Assembly: GCF_009914755.1 (NCBI RefSeq)
Contig: NC_060935.1
Length of the DNA stretch: 64,000 nucleotides
Direction: 5' to 3' (one strand)
Source: the human T2T-CHM13v2.0 reference genome, Homo sapiens
Shown piece after piece: positions 25,520-38,309 of this stretch. The notes beneath the pieces are model-generated. The model was not told the DNA's origin. It was given only the letters and a program-made list of their open reading frames with translations, and searched no databases. Positions within the stretch are counted from its first letter, which is position 1. Each line of letters opens with the position of its first letter. The position numbers and the translations under genes were made by a program.

Positions 25520-25924
25520 TATTGAGGTTTAATTAACTTACAGAAAAGCATTGATTTTAAGTTTATGTTGTGATGTTTTGACACATTTATACACTTGTTC
25601 ACCACCACTACAAGCAACATGTAAAATACTTCTATCGTCCAAAAAAAGTTCACTTTCTATTTATTTATTTATATTTTGGGGGGATAGGTAAATGACTTTT
25701 ACTAGAACATACAAAATGCATTTTAAGAATGATGTACATTCACAAGTGGCCATTGTTCTTCTCCAAACATCATTCAGCTGAGTGTTACTAGACTATCAAA
25801 CCCAGAACATAGCAGAACAATGCTATGATCATTAATGTGTATGTCTTTGTGTATGTACTATATGAAATGTCTTCTTTGTGCTTTTCTAATCTATTTTTTT
25901 TGTAGCATCCTCAGTGATCTTGCA

Positions 25925-26792
25925 TTTATTTATTGTTATTATTTTCATAGGTTATTGGGGGACAGGTGGTGTTTGGTTACATTAAAGTAAGATCTTTAAT
26001 GACAATGTGTGAGATTTTGGTACACCCATCACCCAGGCAGTAAACATTGCTTCCTACTTGTAGTCTTTCTCCCCTCACCCCCTTCACAACCTTTCCCCTT
26101 GGGTCCTCAAAGTCCATTGTGTCATTCCTATGCCTTTGCTTGCATCCTCATAGTTTAGCTTCCACTTATGAATGAGAACGTGTTTTTTTTTCCCATTCCT
26201 GAGTTATTTCACTTAGAATAATAGTCTCCGATCTCATCCAGGTCTCTGTGAATGCCATTAATTCATTTTTTTATGGCTGAGTAGTATTCAATTGTGTATA
26301 TATATATATATCAATTGTATATATATATATATATATCAATTGTATATATATATATCAATTGTATATATATATATATATATATATGAACACCACAGTTTCT
26401 TTATCCATTTGTTGGCTCCACGTTTTTGCAATTGCGAATTGTGTTGCTATAAACATGCATATGCAAGTATCTTTTTCATATAATTACTTCTTTTCCTCTG
26501 GGTAGATACCCATTAGTGGTTGCTGGATCGAATCATAGTTCTACTTTAAGTTATTTAAGGAATCTCCACACTGTTTTCCATAGTGGTTGTACTAGTTTAC
26601 ATTCCCACCAGCAGTGTTGAAGTGTTCCCTGTTCATCGCAGCCACGCTAACATTTACTATTTTTTTTTTATTATGGCCATTCTTGCAGGAGTAAGATGAT
26701 ATCACACTGTGGTTTTGATTTGCATTTTCCTGATCATTAGTAATGTTGAGCATTTTTTCATAGGCGTATTGGCCATTTGTATATCTTCTCAC
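25925..26792 (-). mobile_element. L1PB-type 3' end
   Basis: CATAGGTTATTGGGGGACAGGTGGTGTTTGGTTAC...GAGATTTTGGTACACCCATCACCC, followed by the antisense ORF2 C-terminus. Confidence 0.85.
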
Positions 26793-27610
26793 CAATCTGC
26801 TTCCTTTCCCTATGGATTACTTTTCTCAATTTAAAAAATTTGTATAAAGGGAATCATAAGAAATGTTTTCTTTCAAGACTGCCTTTTTCACTAAATGTTA
26901 TTGAGAATCATTAATAATTTTGCATGTGTTACTAGTAGTAATACGACTGCTAGTAGTATTTTTCTTACTAAATAGTATTTCATTGTTTAGAAACACCACA
27001 ATTTGTTTATCCAGTTACCTGTGGACAGACATTTGGACTACTTCCTGGTTATAACTATTATGGATAAAGTTGCTATGATTGTTAATGTATATGTCTTTGT
27101 GTGTGTTTTCATTTTTCATGGTAAAAATTCAGAGTGACATTTCTGGGTTATTTAGTAAGTGCATATTTAAAATTTAAAAAAACTTCTAAACTGTCTTCCC
27201 AAATCACTGAAACATTTTTTATTTCTCCCACTGGAAGAACATTTTCATTTCTTCATGTTCGATTAACACCTGTTATTGTTAGACCTTAAAATTTTAGCCA
27301 TTCTAAGAGGTGTGTAGTAGTTTCTCATTGTGGTTTTAATTTTCATTTTCCCAATGATCAATGACATCAAGCAGTATTTATAATGTGTATATTGACCATT
27401 AATATATCTTATTTAATGACTATCTGTTGAACTTGTTGCCCATGTTTTCTTGGGTTGCTTATCTTATAATTAATTTCTTCACATTCTGAATTAGATCTTT
27501 TAACATGTATCTATATGTTAAGAATATTTCCCCACCTTTGAGTTGCCTTTCCATTTTTATCAAAATTTCTTTTGAAAATAAAATATTTAAAATTTTGATG
27601 ATGCTACTTA
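26793..27610 (-). mobile_element. Old L1MC/ME 3' region
   Basis: TTTGTTTATCCAGTTACCTGTGGACAGACATTTGG and CTCATTGTGGTTTTAATTT motifs. Confidence 0.7.
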
Positions 27611-28759
27611 GTATGGCACCCTCTGCTTCTAGGTAGGTATAAGCTGTACTTAGTCTTGTTTGAAAAAGCATAAACTTGCCACATTTCCCTTTATTAAAAG
27701 TAAATTCTAACTGACTGTCTGCTCTGTTAGAATCTCTGCAACCTACTCTGTTCCTTTTGGATTTTTATGTTCCCAGTTACATATGAATTAATTATCATAG
27801 TAAATTCATTTTCAGTTTTGCTGTAAGGATGGACTATTATTGGTAATTTACATTTTTAAATTTCTCTTATTTTGCATACATGTGCATTCACATGCACACA
27901 CTGTAGATTTTAGAAATTAAGTTGTCTTCATTATTAGACCTTTCCTTCAAAATTTTAATTGCAACTAAAATTTCACCAGCGCATTGATGTTCACAGGGAA
28001 ATAATCTCATTTGTTGGTACTATAATTCCGGAAAAGTAGACATGAGAGGATTTAATTATAGTTCTACTTTAAAAAATTTAAACAAAAAAGAGATTCAGCA
28101 ATTTTAATCAACTTGTGACCAAACGAAAATGCAGGAAAAAAGCAAATTAATACTCTTCCCGTTCTACTATGTTGATTATTTGTAGCTATTTTGCCCTTGG
28201 AAAATTTCAACCTATCTTAATTGAACTAAGAGAACTATTAACATTATAAAAGAGGAGAAATAGTCTATGCTGGGGACTGAGTCAGAATTACCAAAGAGTC
28301 AAAGAAAGAGAATGAAGTATGTATGTGAGTGTGCATGTGTGTGTGTGTGTATGTGTGTGTGTGTGCCTGTGAGACAGAGATGGGGAGGGGGTAATTGTTG
28401 GGGGTCTGAGATGTTGAGAATGGGTGTTTTTTTGTGAGTCAGATTTCAAAGTCTCAACAATGTGGTCTAATTCATGAAACATATACACACTTTTACTTAT
28501 AATCCAAATGAGTGTCATAACTTTAGTGACAGTGGTATAAATTATCAATGCACAAATTCTGTAAATATTCCTGTTATAGAGACATTATCCCAAGTAACAC
28601 TTTGTTAAGGATTTTGTGTAACTTTTGTTTTCTGGAAGTCATTGAAAGGATAAGGAGGACTTTATAGGAGGTTTTTGAACATTAGATAAACATTTGTTCC
28701 TCAAGGTGTATTAATGAAGATTGTAAACACTAATGAGAGTGAGATTTTATGAAGGTAAG

Positions 28760-29080
28760 TGCAGGTTTTGTGGGCCCACACCTGTGTGTAATCCCAGCGC
28801 TTTGGAAGGCTGAGGCAGGAGGATCACCTTTGAGATCAGGAGTTAGACCAGCCTGGGCAATATAGTGAGACACTATCTGTAGAAATTTTTTTTTTTAATT
28901 AGCCAGGTGTTGTGTTGTGTGTCTGTAGTCATGACTACTCAGGAGGCTGAAGTGGGAGGATCCTTTGAGCCTAGTTCTTTGAAGCTGCACTTAACTATGA
29001 CCATGCCACTGCACTCCAGCCTGGGCAACTAAGCAAAACTCTGACAAAAACAAACAAACAAAAAAAACAACAGGAAAAAA
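28760..29080 (+). mobile_element. AluJ
   Basis: Dimeric Alu with GGAGGATCAC..., CCACTGCACTCCAGCCTGGGCAAC and an A-rich tail. Confidence 0.88.
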
Positions 29081-31714
29081 CGGTGGTAAGAATCATAGCA
29101 AATAAATTCCATCTTTCTGAATCGACTCATCTGTTGGTGTATGGTAGCCTATCGCATAGGAATGTTTATATTCATGGGCACCTTAAATTCTGATGTTGAT
29201 TTATAATTACAAATTCTAGTGAAATGGATTTCACACAGCTCAGCTGTGATATAGAGAAAAAAACAGATGTGACAAGTAGCTCTGTGAATTCACTTATTTT
29301 GTAATCATCTTGATCAACTAGATATTCTTGATGGCTCTAGTTCAGTGGTTATCAACCCTTTCTGCACATTATTATCCCCTGGGGAACAATTTTAAAATAG
29401 CAATGCCAGGAGATACTGGGGGTTGTCAGGAATAGTGCTCATGTCATTTCAGTTAGGTCTTTGGGTATGTGGATTGTACAGACAGGACTGAAACCACAGC
29501 TTGCTTTCTTTTACTTTTTTTTTAAGAGTGTGTTAAAGAGAAAAATAGCATCAAAAAAGTCTCGTTCATTTATTTCCCCCAAAAGTATGAGTTTATGTTT
29601 TAAGACTGCTGCTCAATTGCAACAGTGGTTCACTTGGGAAAACATGAGGTTTTAAATCAAAGATTTTGTGATGTAATAAAGGAGATTAGGTATGTTTCTA
29701 CTTAATTCACAAATAGAAGGAAGAAAAGCTCTGTACAGCTGTGAAGAAACTGTGTCTAGAAAAGGAAAGGTACATTATGGGGAAGAAATAACTTTTCAGG
29801 ATGTAAGGGGATATTATAAACGGTAAAAAGATATGAATACAAATGTTCTTATGATTGCTTTACACATTCTTGTATTAGATTATCCAAATTTCTTTTATAA
29901 TGGAGTTTGTCTCATAAAATGAAATGTAACCGTCTACTGAAGGAGTACTTCATAAAGGTTTTCTTTTGACCACCAAATTATGGAACCAACATAAACATAC
30001 CTCAAGTATTTAGACTTTCCAGATATAATGATTTCCCACATTTCTTTTTACTGAATCGTTGCGTAGATAAGAGGGTAGAAAAAACACATTAATTCCTAGA
30101 GAATAGGCAAATACTACACATACATTGAATCTTGACTTGGCAATGTGATTCTGAAAAAAACACAAATCAAGATAGGGAGTAATGTTTTGGAAGCTAGTAA
30201 GCCCAGCATTAAGAAATCTTTTCCATGTGTAATCCATTGCCACCACAAGAAGCATGCATTGTAATTGTTTTCGGGTGCTACATGTACACTATCTTTATGG
30301 GTCAGGAATATTGCTATAAGTTATCTTTGTTCTGTGAATATTGTCATAAAGATGTTATGAGCCTTTGTTCACACTGGTTCTTTGTGATAATGTTTTTATT
30401 TATGTGTTTATATTATGTGTTTGAACCCCTTAAAGAACAAAGTGTGGTATTTAATGAAGTATAGGTAGTCTTCTCTTAGGTTGTATTTATACACTAAAAA
30501 AAGTATATTCCCCTATTAATTCACATGACAAGATGCCCAGATCAATATTGCTCAAAGAGTTTGTTGTCATAAAGATCATGCTACACAGTAGCTGGTTTTC
30601 TACTTATATACATAGTTGTTTTCTCTGGCTAACATAAAGAGAATGGATAAATTAGTAATTGTTTTGATTATTTGTCTTCTATTGTACAATGTACACATTT
30701 AGAGAAGCATAGAAAAGAATGTAAGCACACACGAATTTTCATATTTAGATCATGTATATTTAAATTTGTCTAAACTGATTATATGAAACAGCTGATTCTC
30801 TTTATGCTTTGTACTGAGGAGATGCACCTTTAGAGAAAACAATAAATCATTTTATCTTCTGAATGTTTGAAGTCAAATTGAGACTGCATCCTGGAAATAG
30901 CTAAGATCAGATTACCTCTTGGCAGAATCCAATGCACGTTAGAAAAGCAGAACCCATTTTGCTGATACAGGTTTTAGTAGAGGAATGAAATATAAATAAA
31001 TTTTAGCTTAGGCTACTACAAAAAAAGATCAAATAATCAGAGGCAATAGCACTTTTTTCCTCCCAGGTTCCCTGTGGATTTTCTTTGTGATGAAGTCGGG
31101 GTACTTAGGAAGTACATGCACAGAACTAAAATGAGCTGTTGGCAACCTTGTCAGACTGCATTTTACAGCCTCCTTTGTAGTCTGCTATATGAGTTGCCCT
31201 GGCCAAATATAGTTTTCTTAGGCTTCATCTAAGAGAATTAAAGAAAGGTGACCTCATTCAGCCAAAAATACTGCCTAGAAGTGAATTTTCCCTTTACATC
31301 AGCCTATTTGCAAACTATAGAAAACTCTATTCAGAAAGAGTTGTGCAGGGACGATTCAATCTAAACATGGCTTTCTTGAATTTGAACACTTGGAATCTTT
31401 TTGACACAGAAGTTTGAGAAACTTTTTAAAATGCAACACTTTTTTTAAAGAATGGTTCAGAGAAATGCTAAAATTACTATTTCTATTAAAGAAGTGGTCT
31501 TAGCAGAATGTTTTATTTTTTTAATTTGTTAAAATCCTGTTCATGTGTTTTAAGCAAAAAAGTTGAAACAAGAACACTCAGTATCTTCACTTATTCATAA
31601 AATGTTTAAATAGTACAAACACAAATTATCTTATAAATGCTATATTTTGATAATATCATAAGAATGTTCTTTACCCCTGAGTTTATTTTTGTAAACTAGA
31701 ACATAGTACATGCG

Positions 31715-31840
31715 CAAACTAGGAATAACAGCACCTACCTCAAAGGGTGATTGTGACCATTCGATAAGCTGGGTCATGTGAAGCACTTAGAAGAGTGCCC
31801 AGCACAGAATAAGGGCTCAGTCAATATTGGCAATAATTAT
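31715..31840 (+). mobile_element. MIR 3' part
   Basis: ATAACAGCACCTACCTCAAAGGGTGATTGTGA...AAGCACTTAGAAGAGTGCCCAGCACAG. Confidence 0.75.
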
Positions 31841-33455
31841 TCTTTTCTTAAAAGGATCATTAGAAGTCCTCACATTCATGGGTAAGGATGGTAAAGTACA
31901 ACAGTAGTTGTCCCCAAACCACTAACAGTGTGCAAGCCACAGATAAGAGGATTGGCCCCACACAGGAGTCAAATTACATTCTACCAACAATTTTGCCTGG
32001 ACTCTCTTTATTTTTTCATCAGGATTACTGCTTAAAAAGCATAAAACAAATTATTAATGTCAAATTAATGTTCTATTCATTATACTTCAAGTGAAGGTGT
32101 TCTTCCTGTTGACATAAGCATTTTTATAATCAGATCACAAAATACACAAAAATGATGTGAAAGGAAGTAAAAAAGAATTTAAATGATGAGGGGGAAAAAG
32201 GGCCATCATCTTCCTCTTGGAGAAGGCTGAAAGCAGATATTCACTCAGGAACTATTTAAAAGAGACCGTGATTGAAGGCACTATAAATTCAACTGAGAGT
32301 GGCTGGGGCTGCACCAACACTGAATACCGGAGTGGGGTGTGTGCCTATGCCATTTTAAATAAAATATATCTTTATGAAAAAAAATCACCACATTTTTTTT
32401 TCAAGCCCTGAAATTGGGTGACAAAATAATGATTTTGTGTTTTACTGGGCTCCAGAGGCTGTCTGAGAGATATTAGTTGAACATAAGAAGTTTAGAATTT
32501 TTCGACCCTTTGACACTTGATGTCTAAGACAGAAAGTGGGGGAATGGATAAAATTTAGGGAATCTGGGTTGCCCTGGACAATGATCCAATTACTGGTACT
32601 TCAATGCAATGGAAACAGTATTGTGGGTTAGCTAGAGATCAATCTAGTCTCAATGAACTGTTATTATTTCTGGTAATGTTATGGCTATGGGCTTGAATCA
32701 TATATGGCTTCCTCAGTTTTCTCAATTTCAAATTACAAGTGATATAATTTCAAGAGTTCTATGCTGGAATACTTGCTTTATGCACTAATAGCTAATACTT
32801 CACAGGTACTTTTTCCTGTATGCTCCCTGGAAGTGGTTTACGTAATATGGCTCATTACAAGGAAATATGTTTCTTCCTTGACCTAGTTTAAAAAATTCTG
32901 TCGTGGGTTTTGATTAAATTTGTATTCCATATCTGACAATGATGGTTAAATTCCTAAATATATCAACCGATATCCTTGTAACACTTACAGCTTTAGAGGA
33001 ACCCATAAACAGACTGGGTTAGAAAATTAACTGAAAAGGATGCCTAGTTGATCGGATTAAGCAAACTGCAAAATACTGACTAGCTATGGTTTATTAATTT
33101 ATGATTGAATTCCTTTTAGGGGCCTAGATATGTGCCACCCTTCTTGAGTAATTCAAATTAATGATTAATGGTTTACACAGTATTATTAGTTACAAATGAC
33201 GGAAACTAAGACAAAGACATTTAGTATAAGTATTCTTGAGTAGGTTATATAATTTACCTAAATGTGGTTTGGGAGGTACTTAAGGGAGGAAAGGTACAGC
33301 CAAGAGCCTAAGGCTTATGATGTCACTACCAGAATTGCTACCAGGGTTTGGAATCTGTAACCCCTGAACACTTGCTGCAGGGCTCCAACCTTGATTCTAC
33401 TATCACGCTTGAAAATCATCTCTATTTGACCCTCTGCATCTCTGTTCACTCTCTC

Positions 33456-34437
33456 TTTTTTTTTCTTTTTTCTGTTATTTATTTATTTATTTTTTATTAT
33501 TATACTTTAAGTTTTAGGGTACATGTGCACATTGTGCAGGTTAGTTACGTACGTATACATGTGCCATGCTGGTGTGCTGCACCCACTAACTCGTCATCTA
33601 GCATTAGGTATATCTCCCAATGCTATCCCTCCCCCCTCCCCCCACCCCACAGCAGTCCCCAGAGTGTGATGTTCCTCTTCCTGTGTCCATGTGATCTCAT
33701 TGTTCAATTCCCACCTATGAGTGAGAATATGCGGTGTTTGGTTTTTTGTTCTTGCGATAGTTTACTGAGAATGATGGTTTCCAATTTCATCCATGTCCCT
33801 ACAAAGGACATGAACTCATCATTTGTTATGGCTGCATAGTATTCCATGGTGTATATGTGCCACATTTTCTTAATCCAGTCTATCATTGTTGGACATTTGG
33901 GTTGGTTCCAAGTCTTTGCTATTGTGAATAATGCCGCAATAAACATACGTGTGCATGTGTCTTTATAGCAGCATGGTTTATAGTCCTTTGGGTATATACC
34001 CAGTAATGGGATGGCTGGGTCAAATGGTATTTCTAGAACAGGCAACCTACAAAATGGGAGAAAATTTTCGCAACCTACTGATCTGACAAAGGGCTAATAT
34101 CCAGAATCTACAATGAACTCAAACAAATTTACAAGAAAAAAACAAACAACCCCATCAAAAAGTGGGCGAAGGACATGAACAGACACTTCTCAAAAGAAGA
34201 CATTTATGCACCCAAAAAACACATGAAAAAATGCTCACCATCACTGGCCATCAGAGAAATGCAAATCAAAACCACAATGAGATACCATCTCACACCAGTT
34301 AGAATGGCAATCATTAAAAAGTCAGGAAACAACAGGTACTGGAGAGGATGTGGAGAAATAGGAACACTTTTACACTGTTGGTGGGACTGTAAACTAGTTC
34401 AACCATTGTGGAAGTCAGTGTGGCGATTCCTCAGGGA
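33456..34437 (-). mobile_element. Young L1 (L1PA2-like), 5'-truncated with 5' inversion (3' end on - at 33456-34036; inverted part on + at 34036-34440)
   Basis: Poly-T then 3' UTR CCCACTAACTCGTCATCTAGC (GAG diagnostic, not the Ta ACA). Strand switch at TTCTAG|AACAGG. 15-bp TSD TCTGTTCACTCTCTC at 33441-33455 and 34438-34452. Confidence 0.93.
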
Positions 34438-34459
34438 TCTGTTCACTCTCTCAAGACTT

Positions 34460-35930
34460 AACTCTGGTCCATTCACCTGCCCACTCCTTTAGGCAACTAT
34501 TTTATATGATCTCATGTTTCCTGGAGTATCCAATATGCCCTGGTTCCAATTTTCAGCTGATAATCTGACCTGAAATTTCACTAGCTTAAAAAAATTTTTT
34601 TTAAGTAAACAGCAAAACAGTAGTGGAAGCAAGCAGAAGAGAAATTAGATGTGCTCACATTACTAAATCTACTCATGTAATTGCATTGGAAACTGTATAT
34701 TCTTTTCCATTTTCATGGATGGATTATTTGTTCTTCTGTTTACAGCAAACTCTTCCGAGTGACCACTGGATCCCACAAATTTCCCTCCAGGACTTTGATC
34801 CTGAAATTATCCCCTATCTTTTTTCATTGTCACTTTTTTCTCTGTATCGGATAGCTTGCACTGTTGTATAAATATGCTTTAATATCTTGCTACTCCATTT
34901 TCATGCCCATTTTTACAAAGTCCTGAAAACCTGTCTATATTTCCTATACCTACCTCATCTTCTGTCTTCTTTTGAATCAAGTCCAGTGAAGCTCATCTCT
35001 CCATCATGCCATTAAACTATTCTTTTCATATTTTCTAATTATCTATGTATTATCTAATCCAATCACCAAGAGCATGTCCTAATTTTATTCAACTTGTCCA
35101 CAGGATTTGGCAAAGTCTAGAAGTTTTTGACTCATTTTCTTTATTTGACTTTGCTTTTTCTCCTCCTCCCTGGCCAACCTCTGTCTCTTTCTCTCCATTC
35201 TTCTTACCTTGCCAACTTCTAAATATTGTAATGCATCAATACATATTCCTTGGATATCCTGTTTTTTTCTACCTACAGTCACATTCCAGCAGATCTTATC
35301 TGGTCTCATAGTTTTCAATGTTCTGACTTATGACCTTCATCTACTTCTTATCTCTAGCCTTACACTCCTGCTCTTCCCCACCTTTTTGTTTTAGTAATGT
35401 CTAGTCCATTCGACCACTGGCTGAAGCTAAAACCTTTTCCATTTCTTTTTTCACGTGTGTCTTCAATTCACACTCCAAACTCAAACCATCAAGGAAAAAA
35501 TATTGTAACTACCTTCAAAGTATGTCTAAAATTTTATCATCCCTAACCCGCCTACATGACTACCACCTCTGACCAAGTCACCTTCATTTCATAACCTGGA
35601 AGTTTTATCAAGCCTTCTAAAATGATCCCCTTGCTTCCAGGCTGCCCCAATATAGAATGTACTCCACACAGAATTATAAGAGATCTGTGTAAACTCTTAA
35701 GTCAGATCATGCTACTTCCCATGAGCTTTTCTCAGCTCTTACGAGTCACATGATCTTAGAGTTTACAAAGATCTCTCATATTTCTGTGTGTAAATTCTAT
35801 ATATTCTTATGAGAAAAACAATACCTGACATATACAAGAGACACTCCTTTGTGTCTTTTTCTTTGTTGCTGCATTTTCTGCATCAGCCCCTGGAACAGTG
35901 AATAGATAAATATTTATTAAATGAGTAGCA
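34460..35930 (+). mobile_element. L2 LINE remnant (host of the L1PA2)
   Basis: CT-rich L2 motifs (GTCAGATCATGCTACTTCCC; CAGCCCCTGGAACAGTG...AAATATTTATTAAATGAG 3' end). Confidence 0.65.
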
Positions 35931-36479
35931 GGACTGGGCAGCCAAATCAATACATGCATTAAACATTCTTTCTTTTGAATTGTTTTCAACTAAACAATTT
36001 TTTTAAAAAGCTGGAAACTCAGAACAAGGGTCAAGTAATCAAGTAGAAAGGCATTTAAGTTGAATGTCAAACTCAGGCTATGTAATATTTTCAATCTGCA
36101 CTCTACAAGCAATAGAGATTGTTTCCATATCACATTGAGAATCTAGTTATCTGCTTTAATATTACGCTCTGAGAACTTGCTGAACCATGAGTACAGTTGC
36201 ATTCATGTTGCAGAAGCAAGTATTTTATTGTAATGTTATATGGTTCAATGGTTAGCTCCCAAAATACATTTGCTCTTCAGGTTTGTTTGTTTATCTTTTG
36301 ACAACACTGAAGCATTTTTTTAAATATATAGAATTCTAAAATAAAAGAAGATAAAGCATTATGAAGAAGAAAAATCTTTAATAGAGCTATTAATCGCACA
36401 TATTGAAATCCCACATTACTGATGGCACTGTGTTATAGAGTTTAGATGGCTGCTGGAAGATTACTTGAGTAAATAATTT

Positions 36480-36576
36480 TTTTCTTTTTTTAAAAATTTC
36501 TTTTATATATATATTATTATACTTTCAGTTCTAGGGTACATGTGCACAACATACAGGTTTGTTATATATGTATATT
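36480..36576 (-). mobile_element. Very short L1PA 3' tip
   Basis: ATTATACTTTCAGTTCTAGGGTACATGTGCACAAC. Confidence 0.75.
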
Positions 36577-36638
36577 ACCTAGAAGTTCAGTACTTGTGCT
36601 AAATACTGAAAGGGACTTTAAAATGAATATTATAATTC

Positions 36639-37644
36639 GTAGATTCTGGATATTAGCCTTTGTGTCAGATGGATGGATTGCAAAAATTTTCTCCCATTCT
36701 GTAGGTTGCCTGTTCACTCTGATGATAGTTTTTTTTTTTTTTTTGCTGTTCAGAAGCTCTTTAATCTACAAAGAACTTAAACCAATTTAAAAGAAACAAA
36801 CAACCCCATCAAAAAGTGGGTGAAGGATATGAACAGACACTTCTCATAAGAAGACATTTATGTGGCCAACAAACATATGAACAAAAGCTCATCATCACTA
36901 GTCATTAGAGAAATGGAAATCAAAACCACAATGAGATACCATCTCACAGGAGTTAGAATGGCAATCATTAAAAAGTCAGGAAACAGCAGGTGCTGGAGAG
37001 GATGTGGAGGAATAGGAATGCTTTTACACTGTTAGTGGGAGTGTAAATTAGTTCAACCATTGTGGAAGACAGTGTGGCGATTCCTCAAGGATCTAGAACC
37101 AGAAATACCATTTAACCCAGCAATCCCATTACTGAGTATATACATGAAGGATTATAAATAATTCTACTATAAGGACACATGCACATGTGTGTTTACTGCA
37201 GCACTTTTCACAATAACAAAGACTTGGACCCAACCCAAAGGCCCATCAGTGATAGACTGGATAAAGAAAATGTGGCACAGATACACCATGGAATACTCTT
37301 CAGACATAAAAAAGGATGAGTTCATGTCCTTTGCAGGGACATGGATGAAGTTGGAAACCATCATTCTCAGCAAACTAACACAGGAACAGAAAACCACACC
37401 CCGCATGTTCTCACACATAAATGGGAGCTGAACAATGAGAACACAAGGACACAGGGAGGGGAACATCGCACATGGGGGCCTGTCAGGGGGTGGGGGGCTA
37501 GGGGAGTGATAGCATTAGGAGAAATACCTAATGTAAATGATGGTTGATGGGTGCAGCAAACCGCCATGGCAGGTGTATACCTATGTAATAAACCTGCACA
37601 TTCTGCACATGTATCCTAGAGCTTAAAGTATAATAATAATGAAG
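36639..37644 (+). mobile_element. L1PA7-like, 5'-truncated with 5' inversion (36639-36763 on -, 36763-37640 on +)
   Basis: 16-bp TSD ATGAATATTATAATTC at 36623-36638 and 37645-37660. AATCTAC is duplicated at the inversion breakpoint. Confidence 0.92.
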
Positions 37645-37883
37645 ATGAATATTATAATTCAATAAGCACTTCTGGGGAACTACAAAGATCCAGGCATATG
37701 CTAAATTCTAAGGTAATTTAAAAGTGAATTAGAAACAAAACATATTTCTTGACTTTGTGTAACTTATACATAGAACAAGACAGTGTATGTTCTTAAGGAG
37801 TTTATACATTAGTGAGAGACAGATATCTACATGAGCTTCAGTTTAATATTTAGTGTGATGAGAACAACAATATTTAAAAGGCT

Positions 37884-38309
<426 letters not shown>

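Noticed and set aside
28580-28760. Perfect donor AAG|GTAAGT at 28754/5
   Set aside because: No strong upstream acceptor or ORF; isolated consensus donors occur by chance. Not called as an exon.
33348-34492. ORFs of 163, 113 and 105 aa
   Set aside because: L1 ORF2p C-terminal fragments and antisense 3' UTR of a truncated L1.
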